Of a stretch of DNA of 38,993 nucleotides, positions 22,931-34,062 are shown piece after piece. The first letter of the stretch is position 1. Each line of letters opens with the position of its first letter. This DNA is from Raillietiella orientalis (Eukaryota): positions 62,001 through 100,993 of the forward strand of contig JAYWIR010000123.1 in NCBI GenBank assembly GCA_036172245.1, given 5' to 3'. A program made the translations under genes and the position numbers. Below the pieces are notes generated by a model, which was not told where the DNA came from, did not search any database, and worked only from the letters and a program-made list of their open reading frames with translations.

Positions 22931-25724
22931 TCACTGGTCGCTGTGGGGAGGGCCCATCCGTCGAACGATGCCCTCGAGGTCAGTCTGCATATTCCCCAGT
23001 TGGGGCCATCCAGCAGCTCTTCGCAAGAAGCGTTGGGCATACGGGATGACATCCCTCGCCTGTGGACCCACTCCTTCGTTGTTGGCGTCGCTCCATGCCG
23101 CCACGATGCCACGGACGCAGCACAAGGCTGCGATGGCTGCGGCTGGCTGCAGTGCGTCCTTCACGAAGAGAGGCCGAAGAACGTCTCTGGGGGTGCTGCC
23201 TGTAGGGAGCCCGAGGGTCGTCCCGAACCGTTCAAAAAGGGGTCAAAGGGCAGCACAATCCACAATAAGGTGGGGAAGCGACTCCCGCTCCCCGCACCTG
23301 GCACACGTAGGATTTACTGCTCCCCTCGTCCAGTGGAAGCACCGCGCGTTGCAGGGTAGAGCCCAGTGCAACAAAAGCAACGCCGACTCTTGCCACTTGA
23401 GGGGCAGGATCCTGGATTCCTTCATCATCGGGGGCCACTTCAGCTCATCCCTGGGAATGGCGAGCAGCTCGCCCCATCTTAATAATCCTCGCGGCTGGAC
23501 GCTCGGGGTCGTGGCGTCTGCCAGTTCTCCTGTTGTCCAGCCGCTGATCAACTTTTCGCGTCCCTCGATGCAGCAGGAGACTTGCCACCTTGGCGTCCGC
23601 CTGCTGTGAAGTGCCCTCTTCAGGAAGGGCAGCGCCGTAGCTAGACAGGTCGTCTCTGCCCACGTGCATCTTGCTGGACTCTCCAGGAGATTCCGCAGCG
23701 TGCAGCGGGCGTAGGGGATGCATCGGAGACGATTCCACGTCTCGTGGCTTGTCTTGTTCACCACTGCTTACGTTCCAATATTTTCCTCCAGCCAGGCGGG
23801 GGAGTTGGCGGGGCAGCAAACCATCGAGCTGTTCTCCTTGGCCAATGTTGCCATGCGCCCGAGCAGTAGGCCGCATCTTCGCATCTTCCGGCCACGACTC
23901 AGAAGAAAAGACGCGAGTCCATCGCACCGGGACACACGGCTGGCCAGGAGGCGGGCCGGAGTGCACCAAGTGATGCTCCACATCTTCGCTGCGATAGCGA
24001 GGGTTCGCCACCGCAGCTGCTTCTGCACGCGCTCCAGCGTCAGGAGGCCAAGACCGCCGTCCCGACGCGGAGCGCACAAGTCCTTTAGTGGGAATCGGGG
24101 CCTCCCCTTGCCCCAAAGGGCGATACGGAGGAGGTCCTTCGTCCTTTTCTTGGATTCCACGGTGGGAGGGCAAACAAAAAGCAAGGGGCGGAGGATGGAG
24201 GCCGCGAAGGCGTTGCAAACCGCGGCCCGTTCCGGCAAGTGAAACTTGCCTTCCAGGAACGGGCCGATCGCCGTCTCGACTTTTTGGAGGCACCTGGACC
24301 ACGATTCCGCAGGGGAGTAGTCCCCCAACGGCACATCAAGGTACTTGAAGCACCTCGCCGTGGGGATCCCCAGACTGACCCCGTCCTGCTGCTTTGCCCA
24401 CGCCGCACCTATTGGCACAACCGACGACTTCTCCCTGTTAACCTGCAGTCCGGTCCCGCGGCTGAGCAGATCGAATAAGTCTCGGACCGCCTTTGCCGGG
24501 GTGGACATTGGCAACAAAAGCAGAAGATCGTCGGCGTACGCTGCTATGGCAGGCGTGCCGGGGCACGAGATCGGCAATGGGGCCAAAGTCACCCTGTACG
24601 CTCTCAGCACCAACTGAAAGTAGGTGCTGAAGAGCAGGGGGTTGAGGCTATCGCCCTGCCTTATGCCCCGCCGCACCGGCACGCCATACACCTTTTGGCT
24701 GCTGAAAGAGACGGTAATCATCGCATTCCGCCAGCAAGAGCGCAAGTAGGAAATCAGGGAAGGTGGGAAGCCCAAGCGACCCAGGAGCAACAAGAGGGGT
24801 TCCTTGTCTACACAGTCGAACGCCTTGTGGAGGTCGACTGCGAGCGCTAGGGCCCCCTTTCCCGCCCGGGGGTTCCCTGCCAGCCCGGCTTTCGGCCTCA
24901 ATGTGGGGTTGCCGACTTTCCCTATTCCTTTCTTTTCTCTTCTCTGCAGGTGCACCCATGTGCTTGCGAAGAAGAGGTTGGCATCCATACTTCGCCCGGG
25001 AACAGCAGAAGTCTGCTCCAGGCTGATTACGGATTCTGACACCTGCCCCAGACGCGAAGCCCATAGCCCGGCTATCAACTTGGCGTCCGTATTCACGATC
25101 GTGATCAAACGCCAGTTCTTTTACTTCCTGAGGTCTCCCCCTTTCGGAAGGAGGCTCACTCTGGCTGACCGAAACGAGGCGGGAACATCGCCTTCGTCTC
25201 GGATCAGCCTTGTCAGCTGAAGCAGCAGGGGTGCCAGCTCTTCCGCGAAGCTCTGATAAAACTCCACGGGCAAGCCGTCTTCCCCTGGAGCTTTACGCCT
25301 CTTGAGCCTTTTGATACCGGCGAGAATTTCGCCGGTGGTAAAAGGCTCATCGAGGCTTAACGACTCCTCCTCCCCTATTGCCGGGGCACCATCCGGAAGG
25401 AAGAGCCGAGAGGCATCTTGATCCGGGGGCGCCCTGGCGTGAAGGGAGGAATAATAACTCCGCACGAGATGCCGTACCGACGCCGGGGACGAACATTCCC
25501 GGCCCTGGTCGTCCAGCAAGCTGGCCGACCCGGATTGCCAGGCTTGGCGTTCGGCCCCGGCGCGGTACTCGGCCAGGCGACGGACATTAGGGGTTCGCTC
25601 GTACCTACGGGCCCGTAAATAGGCCCGATGGTTGCGAGGACCCTCGCCGAATCCGGAGGGCAGGCGGTCCAGGGGGAACTGCTCGCAGAACTCCCGGACC
25701 GATTCCTTAAAAAGGTCCCAGTCT
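22931..25724 (-). pseudogene. D ORF2, linker + RT + zf-RVT; single reading frame with three in-frame stops (25121, 23768, 23243)
   Basis: ORFs 25121-25519, 23768-25108, 23243-23764 and 22931-23164 are all in the same frame. DLHKAFD, GIRQGDS, AYADD, CARCGERESLPHL. Confidence 0.92.
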
Positions 25725-25741
25725 TGGAGATTCCGGAGCGT

Positions 25742-25760
25742 CGAGCGGACGTGTCTTTTC
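25742..25760 (+). promoter_or_regulatory. Conserved 5'-terminal motif GAGCGGACGTGY(Y)TTT(T)C, putative internal promoter or start element (also 8331-8350 minus, ~15018-15035, 34025-34043 minus, 37011-37029)
   Basis: Found at or within ~20 nt of the 5' junction of five copies from three divergent ORF1 types (degenerate in H). Function is inferred. Confidence 0.55.
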
Positions 25761-25823
25761 GTTGCTCCTGAGCTCCATTTCCGATGGTGCTTGTGCGTGG
25801 TGTGGGTGGAGGATTACGCAGCA

Positions 25824-27482
25824 ATGCCTGATACCACCACCGGTGAGGATCCGGGAGTGATGACCTCATTGCCCCCGGAGGAGATGGAGGTGGGGGCTCC
25901 CGCATCAGTGGAGGCTCCCGCCAGCACGGATGCGCCCCCGGCCCTACCCAGGGCTTGGAACGCCGTGGCTGCGGCACCTACGCCAGCGGCTATGGCGGAA
26001 ATGCGCGCTTACCTGGAGGAGGGGTATAACCCACCACTTCTATATAAGGTAGGCGGTTTATATTCTCCCGAGAACGCGCGCGCCTTTTCGCAGGCGATGC
26101 GCGCTCTCGGTGTACAAAAAGAGGAGCTTCTGGCTATGTCCGTCAGAAGCGGGGGTCAATTTGTGGAAGTTATCTGCAAGGAGGCAACTCTTGCTCAGAG
26201 ACTTCTGCGAACCCCCGTAATTATGGGCAGCCGGAGGCTTCTCCCCATTACTGAAGACCGGTCGGTGATCATTCACCTGACCGGTATCACGTTCCGGATG
26301 ACGAAGGAGTCCGTCCGGAACGAATTAGAAAAGTTTGCAACTGTGCACGCGCTGTGGGGAAAGCCTACTCCTTTTGTCGATTACGACGGGGTGCTTGGCG
26401 GCCTGGTTGCAGCGCGAGTGACGGTTCGCGAGGGATGTGAGTTTCCCCACAAACTCACCGTCAACGGTGAATCCGTTGACGTGTGGTACGTGGGGAAACC
26501 CAAGTTTTGCGGCTGCTGCAGCAGCTTTGGTCACCTTAAAATGAGGTGTCCGAGCGTGCAGTGCCAGCAATGCAAACAAGCGGGGCACACCCGTCTGGTG
26601 TGCTTCCAAAACACAGTCCGCGTCGTGTCCGCGAAAAACGCGAGAAAGCGCGCGGCTAAAAAAAGGAAGAAGCTGGCAGCTCGTGCTGCTGCTAAGGAGG
26701 TCACCTCCGTCACCAAGGCGAAGGCCAGCCCCGAGACTTCGGCGAAAGACGCCGAAAAGGTCGAGGGCGAGGGTCAAGAGCCATGGTGGCAGAATGTCGA
26801 CCCCAAGAAAAACTCCCATAAGAAGGGAAAGAACGTGGCGAAACGGAGCGAAACCGCTCTGCGCCGCGAAAAAATTAAAAGCTGCTGCGTCGTTGTAGAG
26901 CGGATTCCCGCCATCGACGAATGCGGCGCTAAAGAACTCGCTGCTGCCCCTGCTCAACCCTCCGTTGACAAAGTCAACAAGGAGGGGAGCGAGGCGGCGG
27001 CGTCCGTCATCGAGCCCACGCTCGATGACGTCGCCTTCGAGCGCGCCGCGGAGGAGCTGGCTGCTTCGCTGCAGCCGGTTGCCCCCAAGGCTGGCAAGAA
27101 GGCCGTCAGGCGTCCGGCTTCCCCTCAGGAGTCGGCCACTTCCGACCCCGAGGTGAAGGCCGGAAAAACAGCATCCATCTTCGCGGCACCCCGCAAAAAG
27201 GCAGGACGAAAGTCCACAATGCCCCGGAAGATCGTGTCCCCCGACGAAGGGGAAGAGATGGCTTCCGGTAGCGAGGGTGCCATGAGCGTGGGAAACTCCC
27301 GGGACCCGTCGCCCGAGAGAATTCCACGCTCGGACACGGAGGGGATGGTGAGGATGGAGGCCGAACAGGTACCCCAGGCGCCTGAAGAGGCCTCCGTTTT
27401 CGTTCCGATGGTCCTCGTACCGATGGACCTTTCGTACACCTGCCCCGCGGCAGGTGCCGCGACGCCACTTTCCCAGCCATAA
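25824..27482 (+). CDS. Element A ORF1, intact gag-like nucleic-acid-binding protein (~552 aa; RRM-like region, 2x CCHC, disordered basic/acidic tail)
   Basis: Open frame. ATG 25824 (MPDTTT) aligns with the starts of G and H. CGCCSSFGHLKMRC and CQQCKQAGHTRLVC. Confidence 0.9.
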   Translation: MPDTTTGEDPGVMTSLPPEEMEVGAPASVEAPASTDAPPALPRAWNAVAAAPTPAAMAEMRAYLEEGYNPPLLYKVGGLYSPENARAFSQAMRALGVQKEELLAMSVRSGGQFVEVICKEATLAQRLLRTPVIMGSRRLLPITEDRSVIIHLTGITFRMTKESVRNELEKFATVHALWGKPTPFVDYDGVLGGLVAARVTVREGCEFPHKLTVNGESVDVWYVGKPKFCGCCSSFGHLKMRCPSVQCQQCKQAGHTRLVCFQNTVRVVSAKNARKRAAKKRKKLAARAAAKEVTSVTKAKASPETSAKDAEKVEGEGQEPWWQNVDPKKNSHKKGKNVAKRSETALRREKIKSCCVVVERIPAIDECGAKELAAAPAQPSVDKVNKEGSEAAASVIEPTLDDVAFERAAEELAASLQPVAPKAGKKAVRRPASPQESATSDPEVKAGKTASIFAAPRKKAGRKSTMPRKIVSPDEGEEMASGSEGAMSVGNSRDPSPERIPRSDTEGMVRMEAEQVPQAPEEASVFVPMVLVPMDLSYTCPAAGAATPLSQP

Positions 27483-30400
27483 TGCCGGGAATCGCCTCTC
27501 GCCGTCATCTTCTGATCGCCTGTTGGAACGTGAACGGGCTAAGCGACGACGGCAAGAGGCGTGACGTGGCCGCCACCCTGGCATCCTTCGACCTGGTGCT
27601 GCTGCAGGAGATCCACGTGATCTCCGCAGATCAAGCCCGGGAGATCGAACGGATCTCGGGTGGGCGGCTGTTGTGGCGTTGCGGCACCGCGAAATCAAGC
27701 GGTGTCGCCTTCCGGCTTCGGCCAGCCATCGAGACCGCAATAAAGGACGTTCGGTTCGATGACGCAGGTCGCGTCGGTCAGCTGACTCTCAGCTGGTCCG
27801 ACTCTATCGACCTGGTCGTCACCAACCTATACGCTCCTAGCGGAAATAACGCGTTGAAGGCGAAGGCAAGAAGGGAATTCTACCTTGCCCTGAGACGCGA
27901 CTGGCTGACCGATGCAGGAGTTCGCAAAGCGCACCTGATCGCAGGTGATTTCAACCTGCGCCTGCTTTCAGGTGCGCCGGATACACTGAACGACCGCGTC
28001 AACAAGTTGTGCGCAGAAATGAACACGCGCAACTTGTTGGCCGGGGACACGGCCATGGAAAGCAGCATCGATCACGTGTACCTTGATCAGCACCTATGCT
28101 CTCGGGTGGGCAGGCGCGGCAAGGTACCATCCGAGCTGTCGGACCATGGTCGGATCATGTTCGAAGTGCGTCCGCGCGACAAGGGCCCCCCCTCGTCAGC
28201 GTGGCGTCTGCCAGGGGACTGGTTGAAGTTTCCCGACGCGGCGGAGCACCTCCGCGCGTTTATTCGGAGCTTCAGGATGCAGACACTTCAGGACTGGGAC
28301 CGCTTCAAGCGGTCGGTCCAGGAGTTCTGCGATCAGTTCCCCCTGCATCGCCTACCTGCGGGATTTGGGGAGGGGCCGCGTAACGAAAGGTGCTATCTTC
28401 AGGCCCGACGTTACGCAAGAACCCCCGACATGCGCAGGTTAGCAGAGTATCGAGCGGGAGCCGAGAGGCAAGCCTGGCAATCCGGGTCGGCCAGCTTGCT
28501 GGACGACCGGGGCCGGGAGCACTCGGTTCCCGCTCAGAAACGCGGGATAGTCAGGAAATTTTACTCCTCCCTGTACGCCAGGGCGCCTCCGGAGAGAGAC
28601 GTCTCACGACTTCTGCTTCCGGAAGGTGCTCCAGCGATCGGGGAGGAGGAGAAAAGAAGCCTCGACGAGCCTTTCACGATGGACGAGATCCTCTCGGCCA
28701 TCGGAAAGCTCAAGAGGCGGAAGGCTCCAGGGGGGACGGCCTGCCCGCGGAGTTTTACCAAACTTTCGCGGCTGAGCTTACTCCCCTGGTACATCAGCTC
28801 ACCTTGCTGATCCGTGAAACAGGTGACGTTCCCACCTCGTTTCGTTCAGCAAAGGTGCGGCTCCTCCCGAAGGGAGGAGACCTAAGGAGCATGAACAACA
28901 GGCGTCCCATTACAATAGTGAATGCGGACGCCAAGTTGATAGCCAAGATGGAGGCAGAGCGCCTGGGACGGGTCGCCAACATCTTCATCAGCCCGGAACA
29001 GACTTATGCTGTTCCCGGGCGGAGCATGGAGGCGAACCTGTTCCACGCTTCCACATGGTTAGAGCTCCAACAAGGAAGGGGCTTATTGAGCAGCCGGAAT
29101 TCCGGTGCGTCCGTTGGCGGGAGACGGAACGGTTGGGTGGGGAAGGGAGCCCTTGCGGTCGCTGTCGACTTGCGTAAAGAATTCGACAGCGTCGACCAGA
29201 ATCTCCTGCTGGAGCTTCTGGAACGCTTGGGCTTCCCGGCCTCTTTGTTGGCCTACCTGCGCTCCAGCTGGCGCGACGCGCTCATTAATGTTCTTTTCAG
29301 CGGGCAGACCGTGCACGGAGTACCGGTGCGACGCGGCATACGGCAGGGAGACAGCCTGAGCCCCGTGCTCTTTAGCGCCTTTTTCGAATTAATGCTGAGA
29401 GCGTATAGGGAGACTCTTGCGCACCTGCCGTGCGATTGCCCCGGTACGCCTGCGGTTTCGGCGTACGCGGACGACCTTCTGCTCCTGCTGCCTATGTCCA
29501 CCCCGGCTTCGGCGGTCGAGGAGTTCTTCGACCTGCAGAGTCCGGGAACAGGACTGACGGTGAACAGGGCGAAGTCGTCCGTAATGCCAGTCGGGGCGGC
29601 GTGGGCAGGGCAGCAGGACTGGGTCCGTTTGGAAATCCCCACGGTGAGGTACTTCAATTACCTTGGTGTGCCGTTGGGGGATTACTCCTCTGCGGAAGCG
29701 TGGTCCGGCTGCCTTCAGAAGGCTCAGGAGGGGATCGGCCCGTTCCAGGACGGCAGGTTCTTCCTGCATGAACGGGCCGCGGCGTGGAACGCGTTTGCGG
29801 CCCCCCTCCTTCGCCCCTTGCTTTTTGTTTGCCCCCCCTCAGCGGAGTCAAAGAAGAGGACGAAGGACCTCCTGAGGATCGCCCTTTCGGGCAGAGGGAG
29901 GCCCCGAGTCCGTCTATCGGACTTGTGCGCTCCTCGTCGGGATGGTGGTCTGGGCCTCCTGACGTTGAAGCGGCTGGAGCTACAGCTCCAGTTCCGAGTT
30001 GTTGCCTTTATGGCAGAAAATTGGTGCACCCCTTGGTGCCTCCCTGCACGTCTTCTCGTCGAGCGGGCCACCGGCAATGCAAGACTCTCGTCCTACTTTG
30101 CACTCCGAAGCCCCATCTGCCACTGCGGACTTCAACTTCGGAGTGCGGCCAAGCTCGTGAAGAACAACTCGGCGCGGATCCTCGTACGCCCCGCGAACGG
30201 TCCTGCCTGGTTGCAGGAAACCGTCCGCACGTGGGCGATGATTCAGCAGCAGAGCCCGAAACACGAGCGAATAGCTCTGTTCGGGCCGCATGCCCGCCGC
30301 ACGCTCCGAGAAATCATCGAGAATCCCCGAAGAAGAGCGTGAACACAAAGAATCTCCCTTGCTGCGGTACTGCCTACCCTACGGGAACATCTGGGCAGCG

Positions 30401-31061
30401 ACGTCGCGGCACAATGGGAGGTTACTGTCAAGATCGCCAGCAGGGCAAAGAAGATCGGGGATTGGAGAACGGGTCAGCTCAATAACGCTGCGACCCCGAG
30501 GACCACCCCAAATATACTGTTGCGCTGAAGAGAGCTACTAGATGTTCCAGAGGAACATCTCGAGTGGCCTTCGGTGCTCATAGACTCGCGCACCCTCCCC
30601 ATGAAGTGGCAACAGTCGGCACTGATGGTGTTGCATTGGGGGCTTCCTTGCAACGCCCGCCGACAGCACTGGACTTGGGGGGGTGTCAACCCTAATTGTG
30701 TCAGGTGCGGGGAGAGGGAATACCTCACCACCTGTTAGTGGATTGTGTTGCCCTCCGTCCCTTGTGGGAACGCTTTGCCGCAGCCCTGGGGATCCCCGGA
30801 GGCAACTCCAGAGACGCTTTGCGCCCCCACTTCGTCCGTGACGCCCTGCCTCCAGAGGCCTCGCTTGCAGCCCTGGGCTGCCTACGCGAGATCGTCGTGG
30901 CATGGAGCAAAGCGACGGGAGGATCCAGCGACAGGGATGCCAACGTGTATGTTGCCCGTTTCTACTGGATGTCGACGCGATGGCCCCATCTGGAACCACA
31001 CAAGCAGAAACAGCTTGCCGGCATCCTCCAGAGGATGACGGACCCTCCCAGCAGACTGTGA
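27482..31061 (+). pseudogene. Element A ORF2 (APE endonuclease, RT, zf-RVT), frameshifted near 28730, ~30340 and ~30720
   Basis: ATG overlaps the ORF1 stop (TAATG). WNVNG, LLQEIH, NLYAP, GDFN, IDHVY, SDH; DLRKEFD, GIRQGDSLSP, AYADD; CVRCGERE..HHLLVDC. Confidence 0.93.
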
Positions 31062-31244
31062 TCCCTTCCCGCTCCCTCCCTGATTTTTGTTTTTTTTTTG
31101 TTTTCTTTTTGTTTCGTTCCCCCTCCCCTCTGCTGCCGAGGTCGACCGCGCCGGTCTGCGCACCAGTAGCCCGGCAAGCTATATCTTTCCAGGGCGTGGC
31201 TGGACTACTGGTCCAGTCACAGATTGTATAGGTTTATTCGTGAG

Positions 31245-31274
31245 AACAAACGTCCCGGCGCACCCAGGTTTCAA
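31245..31274 (+). other. Conserved 3'-terminal module: poly(A)-signal-like hexamer + CCCGG-N5/6-CCGGG hairpin + ~6-nt tail (9 copies in the window)
   Basis: Copies at 6343-6372(-), 7301-7330(+), 10491-10521(+), 12933-12962(-), 16162-16191(-), 21315-21344(+), 22726-22756(-), 31245-31274(+), 34063-34092(-). Two of them directly abut verified TSDs. Confidence 0.88.
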
Positions 31275-32077
31275 TGGAGATTCCGGAGCGTGACGCCTCT
31301 CAGGTAATCGCGAAGGTGTTCACTCGCACCTGAGATTAGCGTCCAGTCCCCCAACAGACACCAATCCCTGGATGGCGGTCCTTTGTCGCGAGGACGCATC
31401 TCGAAAATTAGCCGGGAATGGTCCGACAACGTCGACACAACCCTCCCCCGTTTGCCGACGCGTGAACACAGGACAGCGTCGAGGAAGACGTGGTCGATGC
31501 TGTGGACCATTCCCCTCTCACCCGTGAACAAGTTGCGCGCACGCATGGCGGCGCACAACTCGTTCATCGCGTTCACTTGTGTTTCCGGCTCACCTGTTAG
31601 CAGGCGGAGATTGAAATCTCCCGCTATCAGGTGAGCTTTTCGCACATTGGTATCCGCCAGCCAGTCGCGCTTCAGGGTTTCCAGCAGCCTGGTGCGGTCG
31701 CGGTACCCCTGTTTGCCGCTGGGGCCATACACGTTTGTGACGATTAGGTCGATCGAGTCGGACCAGCTGAGAATCAGCTGACCGATCCGACCGTCGTCAT
31801 CAAACCGCACGCCCTTTACGGCAGCGTCGATGACCGGCTTCACGAAGAACGCGACCCCGCAGGTGTTGCGGAGGCCGCATCGCCAATACAACCGACCTCC
31901 CGCGATCGTCACGATTTCCTGGGCGTCTGCCGCGGTGATCACGTGGATCTCCTGCAGCAGCGCCAGGTCGAGCTCACGCAGGGTGTCGGCCGTATCTCGA
32001 CTGTTGCCGTTGTCGCGCAGCCCGTTGACGTTCCAAATGGCCGCGCGAATCCCACGGCGACTGGCGAGCCCAGGTGT
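31275..32077 (-). pseudogene. D ORF2 N-terminal APE endonuclease (open frame, no AUG start), separated from its RT by element A
   Basis: TPGLASRRGIRAAIWNVNGLRD..LLQEIH..TNVYGPS..IAGDFN..SIDHVFL..SDHSR. Confidence 0.92.
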
Positions 32078-33950
32078 TAGTCCTGGAAAAACGGCGATGC
32101 GGCGTCCGCCACCTGCTGGGGCGGGTCGCTAGGTGGAGGGGGAGGGGATACAGGTACTGAAGGCACCTGTTCCTCCTCCTCCATCGGTGCCGGCGGGTCG
32201 ACCGGATCACCCGCAGGTGAAGTCGCGCCTACCTGTTCGCCCTCCTCCATGGGTTCGGGCTGCTCAGGTTTCGCGAGTGCAGGGAGGACTTCACCCCCCT
32301 GCTCACCCTCCTCCATGGGGGTGGTCGAGTCGACGGCTTCCGGGCGTGGGTATTCCCCCTCCGGGATTCCCACGCTGCCGCTTCCTTCCGGTTTCTACTC
32401 CTCGCTGGTGGAGTGGAGGCGCCTCCTGGGTTTCTGGGACTTGCGTCCCGCCTTCCTGGGGGGTGCCTCCGAGGAGGAGGATCCGCTTCCGGCCCCCAGG
32501 TCGCACTCACCTGCGGGTGCCTTTTTCGTCGGAGCCGACCTGCGTACGCCCTTGCGCGACGGGGTTTCGCGCTCGGCGAGCGTTGCTGGGAGCTCCTCCG
32601 CCGCTTTCTCGAAGGCCGCGTCTTCGCCAGCGGCGACCGTTGCCGCGGGCTGCTTTGCGACCTTATCGAGCGCTGCGTCATCGCTGACGGCGAACGTTGC
32701 CGCGGGCTCATCCGCGACATTATCGAGCGCGGCGTTCTGGCTGTCAGCGCTCGAGTCTCGCGTCTCACCCTCTAAACGTAGAATGGGCTGGTCCACGCGA
32801 GTATTCATCGCGTCCGCATCAGCTGTTCCGCGAACATTGCCGCGGGCGGTCTCGGCAGGAACGGCTAAGCGTTCCAGTGCCACCGAGCATTCGCGGAGTG
32901 GTTTTTTTGAAAGCGGCGCGGCTTTTTTCTTGTTGCCGGCAGTATTCTTCTCCGACTTTTCTTCTGGCATCACTTTCCTTTTTTTCTCTTTTCTGGCCTG
33001 AACCAGCTACCAACCCTCCTCCATTTTCGCGTTCACGGGAGCTCTTTCCTCCGACGTCTGTACGGGAGGAAGGGAGGCTGGCAGTTGGGAACGGCCATTT
33101 TCGCGAGCTGGTCTTTCTACCAGCTTCCCACGTTTTCCCTGCGCCTTTTTGGCGGCAGGGGAACCGAGGTGGGGCGCTTGGGTCACACGCGCCGAACGTG
33201 ACCCTTTTCGCCGCATAGGTGGCACACAATGTTCGGGCACCTTTTTCGTAGATGCCCTACTGCATTGCAGTAGCCACAAAATTGACGTTTCCCCACGTAC
33301 CAGAGGTCCACCGCTTCTTGGCAGACCTCCAGCTTCTGGGGAATTGCACCACCCACTTTTAGTGTGATACGCGCCGCAGCTTGACCTCCGAAAAGGCTAT
33401 TGTAGCTTCGGAAAATCGTGGACTTCGGCCACAACGCGTGCACTTCTCCCTGCTTTTGTATCTGTTCTCGAACCGCTGACCTAGTCATGCGACTGGAGAT
33501 CCCAGTGAGATGGACCGCCACAGAGCGGTCCATCGTCCCCGGCAAGATCTTGCGACCATCAACGATCAGCGGGTTGGTGATCAGGCGTCGGGCCAAGGTG
33601 ATATCCTTGCATACCACCTCGACCCGCTGCCCGCCGCTGAGGAAGCAGAGGCCGACAAGATCTTTTTCGAAGATATTGGCGTTCTGCAGCGCATTCGTAA
33701 GGGCGCGTGCAGTTCGTCCATCGAAAAGGTTCCCTACCTTGTAGACTAGCGAGGGTTTATACCCCGCTTTCTTGTAGGCTTCCATCTCGGCCATGGCTTC
33801 AACGCTAGGCGCTGCCACTATGGCGCTCCATGACCTTGGCGTCGCCGGGGACGATTCCGGGGCGGATGCCCCTGATCCAGTAGGCTGTGGAGGTGAACAA
33901 GCATCTTCCACGCCTACTTCCATCGCGGTATCCTCTGGCGACGCTGCCAT
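32077..33950 (-). pseudogene. D ORF1 (near-identical to B ORF1, with a stop/frameshift near 33180 and a stop at 32395)
   Basis: ORFs 33183-33974, 32395-32973 and 32077-32373 together tile the B ORF1 protein. Confidence 0.92.
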
Positions 33951-34062
33951 CGGACACCGACGATGTGCACGCACAAATCACTCAAGAAGAAAAAACACTC
34001 GCTTTGCCACGCAGGCGGAGCGCAGGAAAAGCACGTCCGCTCTCCACAGCGGGGATTCGGCG

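Larger units (their letters stand above)
25742..31274 (+). mobile_element. Element A: full-length 5533-bp Tx1-like LINE with a perfect 17-bp TSD, inserted antisense into the EN-RT linker of D
   Basis: TGGAGATTCCGGAGCGT at 25725-25741 and 31275-31291. Removing A restores D's ...RGVTLRNLQDWDLFK.... A starts CGAGCGGACGTG and ends AACAAACGTCCCGGCGCACCCAGGTTTCAA. Confidence 0.97.
22726..34062 (-). mobile_element. Element D (B family): full-length copy (~5.8 kb excluding nested A), inactivated by stops and by insertion of A
   Basis: 5' leader at 34062, ORF1 ~33950-32077, EN 32077-31275, resumes at 25724 after the TSD, RT 25519-23768, zf-RVT, stop 22931, 3' terminus AATAAACGCCCCGGGCGTACCCGGGTGACAA. 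Confidence 0.92.

Noticed and set aside
23768..30342. YADD reverse transcriptases read as bacterial retron, group II intron or DGR
   Set aside because: They are fused to an APE endonuclease and zf-RVT, preceded by a CCHC ORF1, with 5' truncations and TSDs, which is diagnostic of eukaryotic non-LTR elements.
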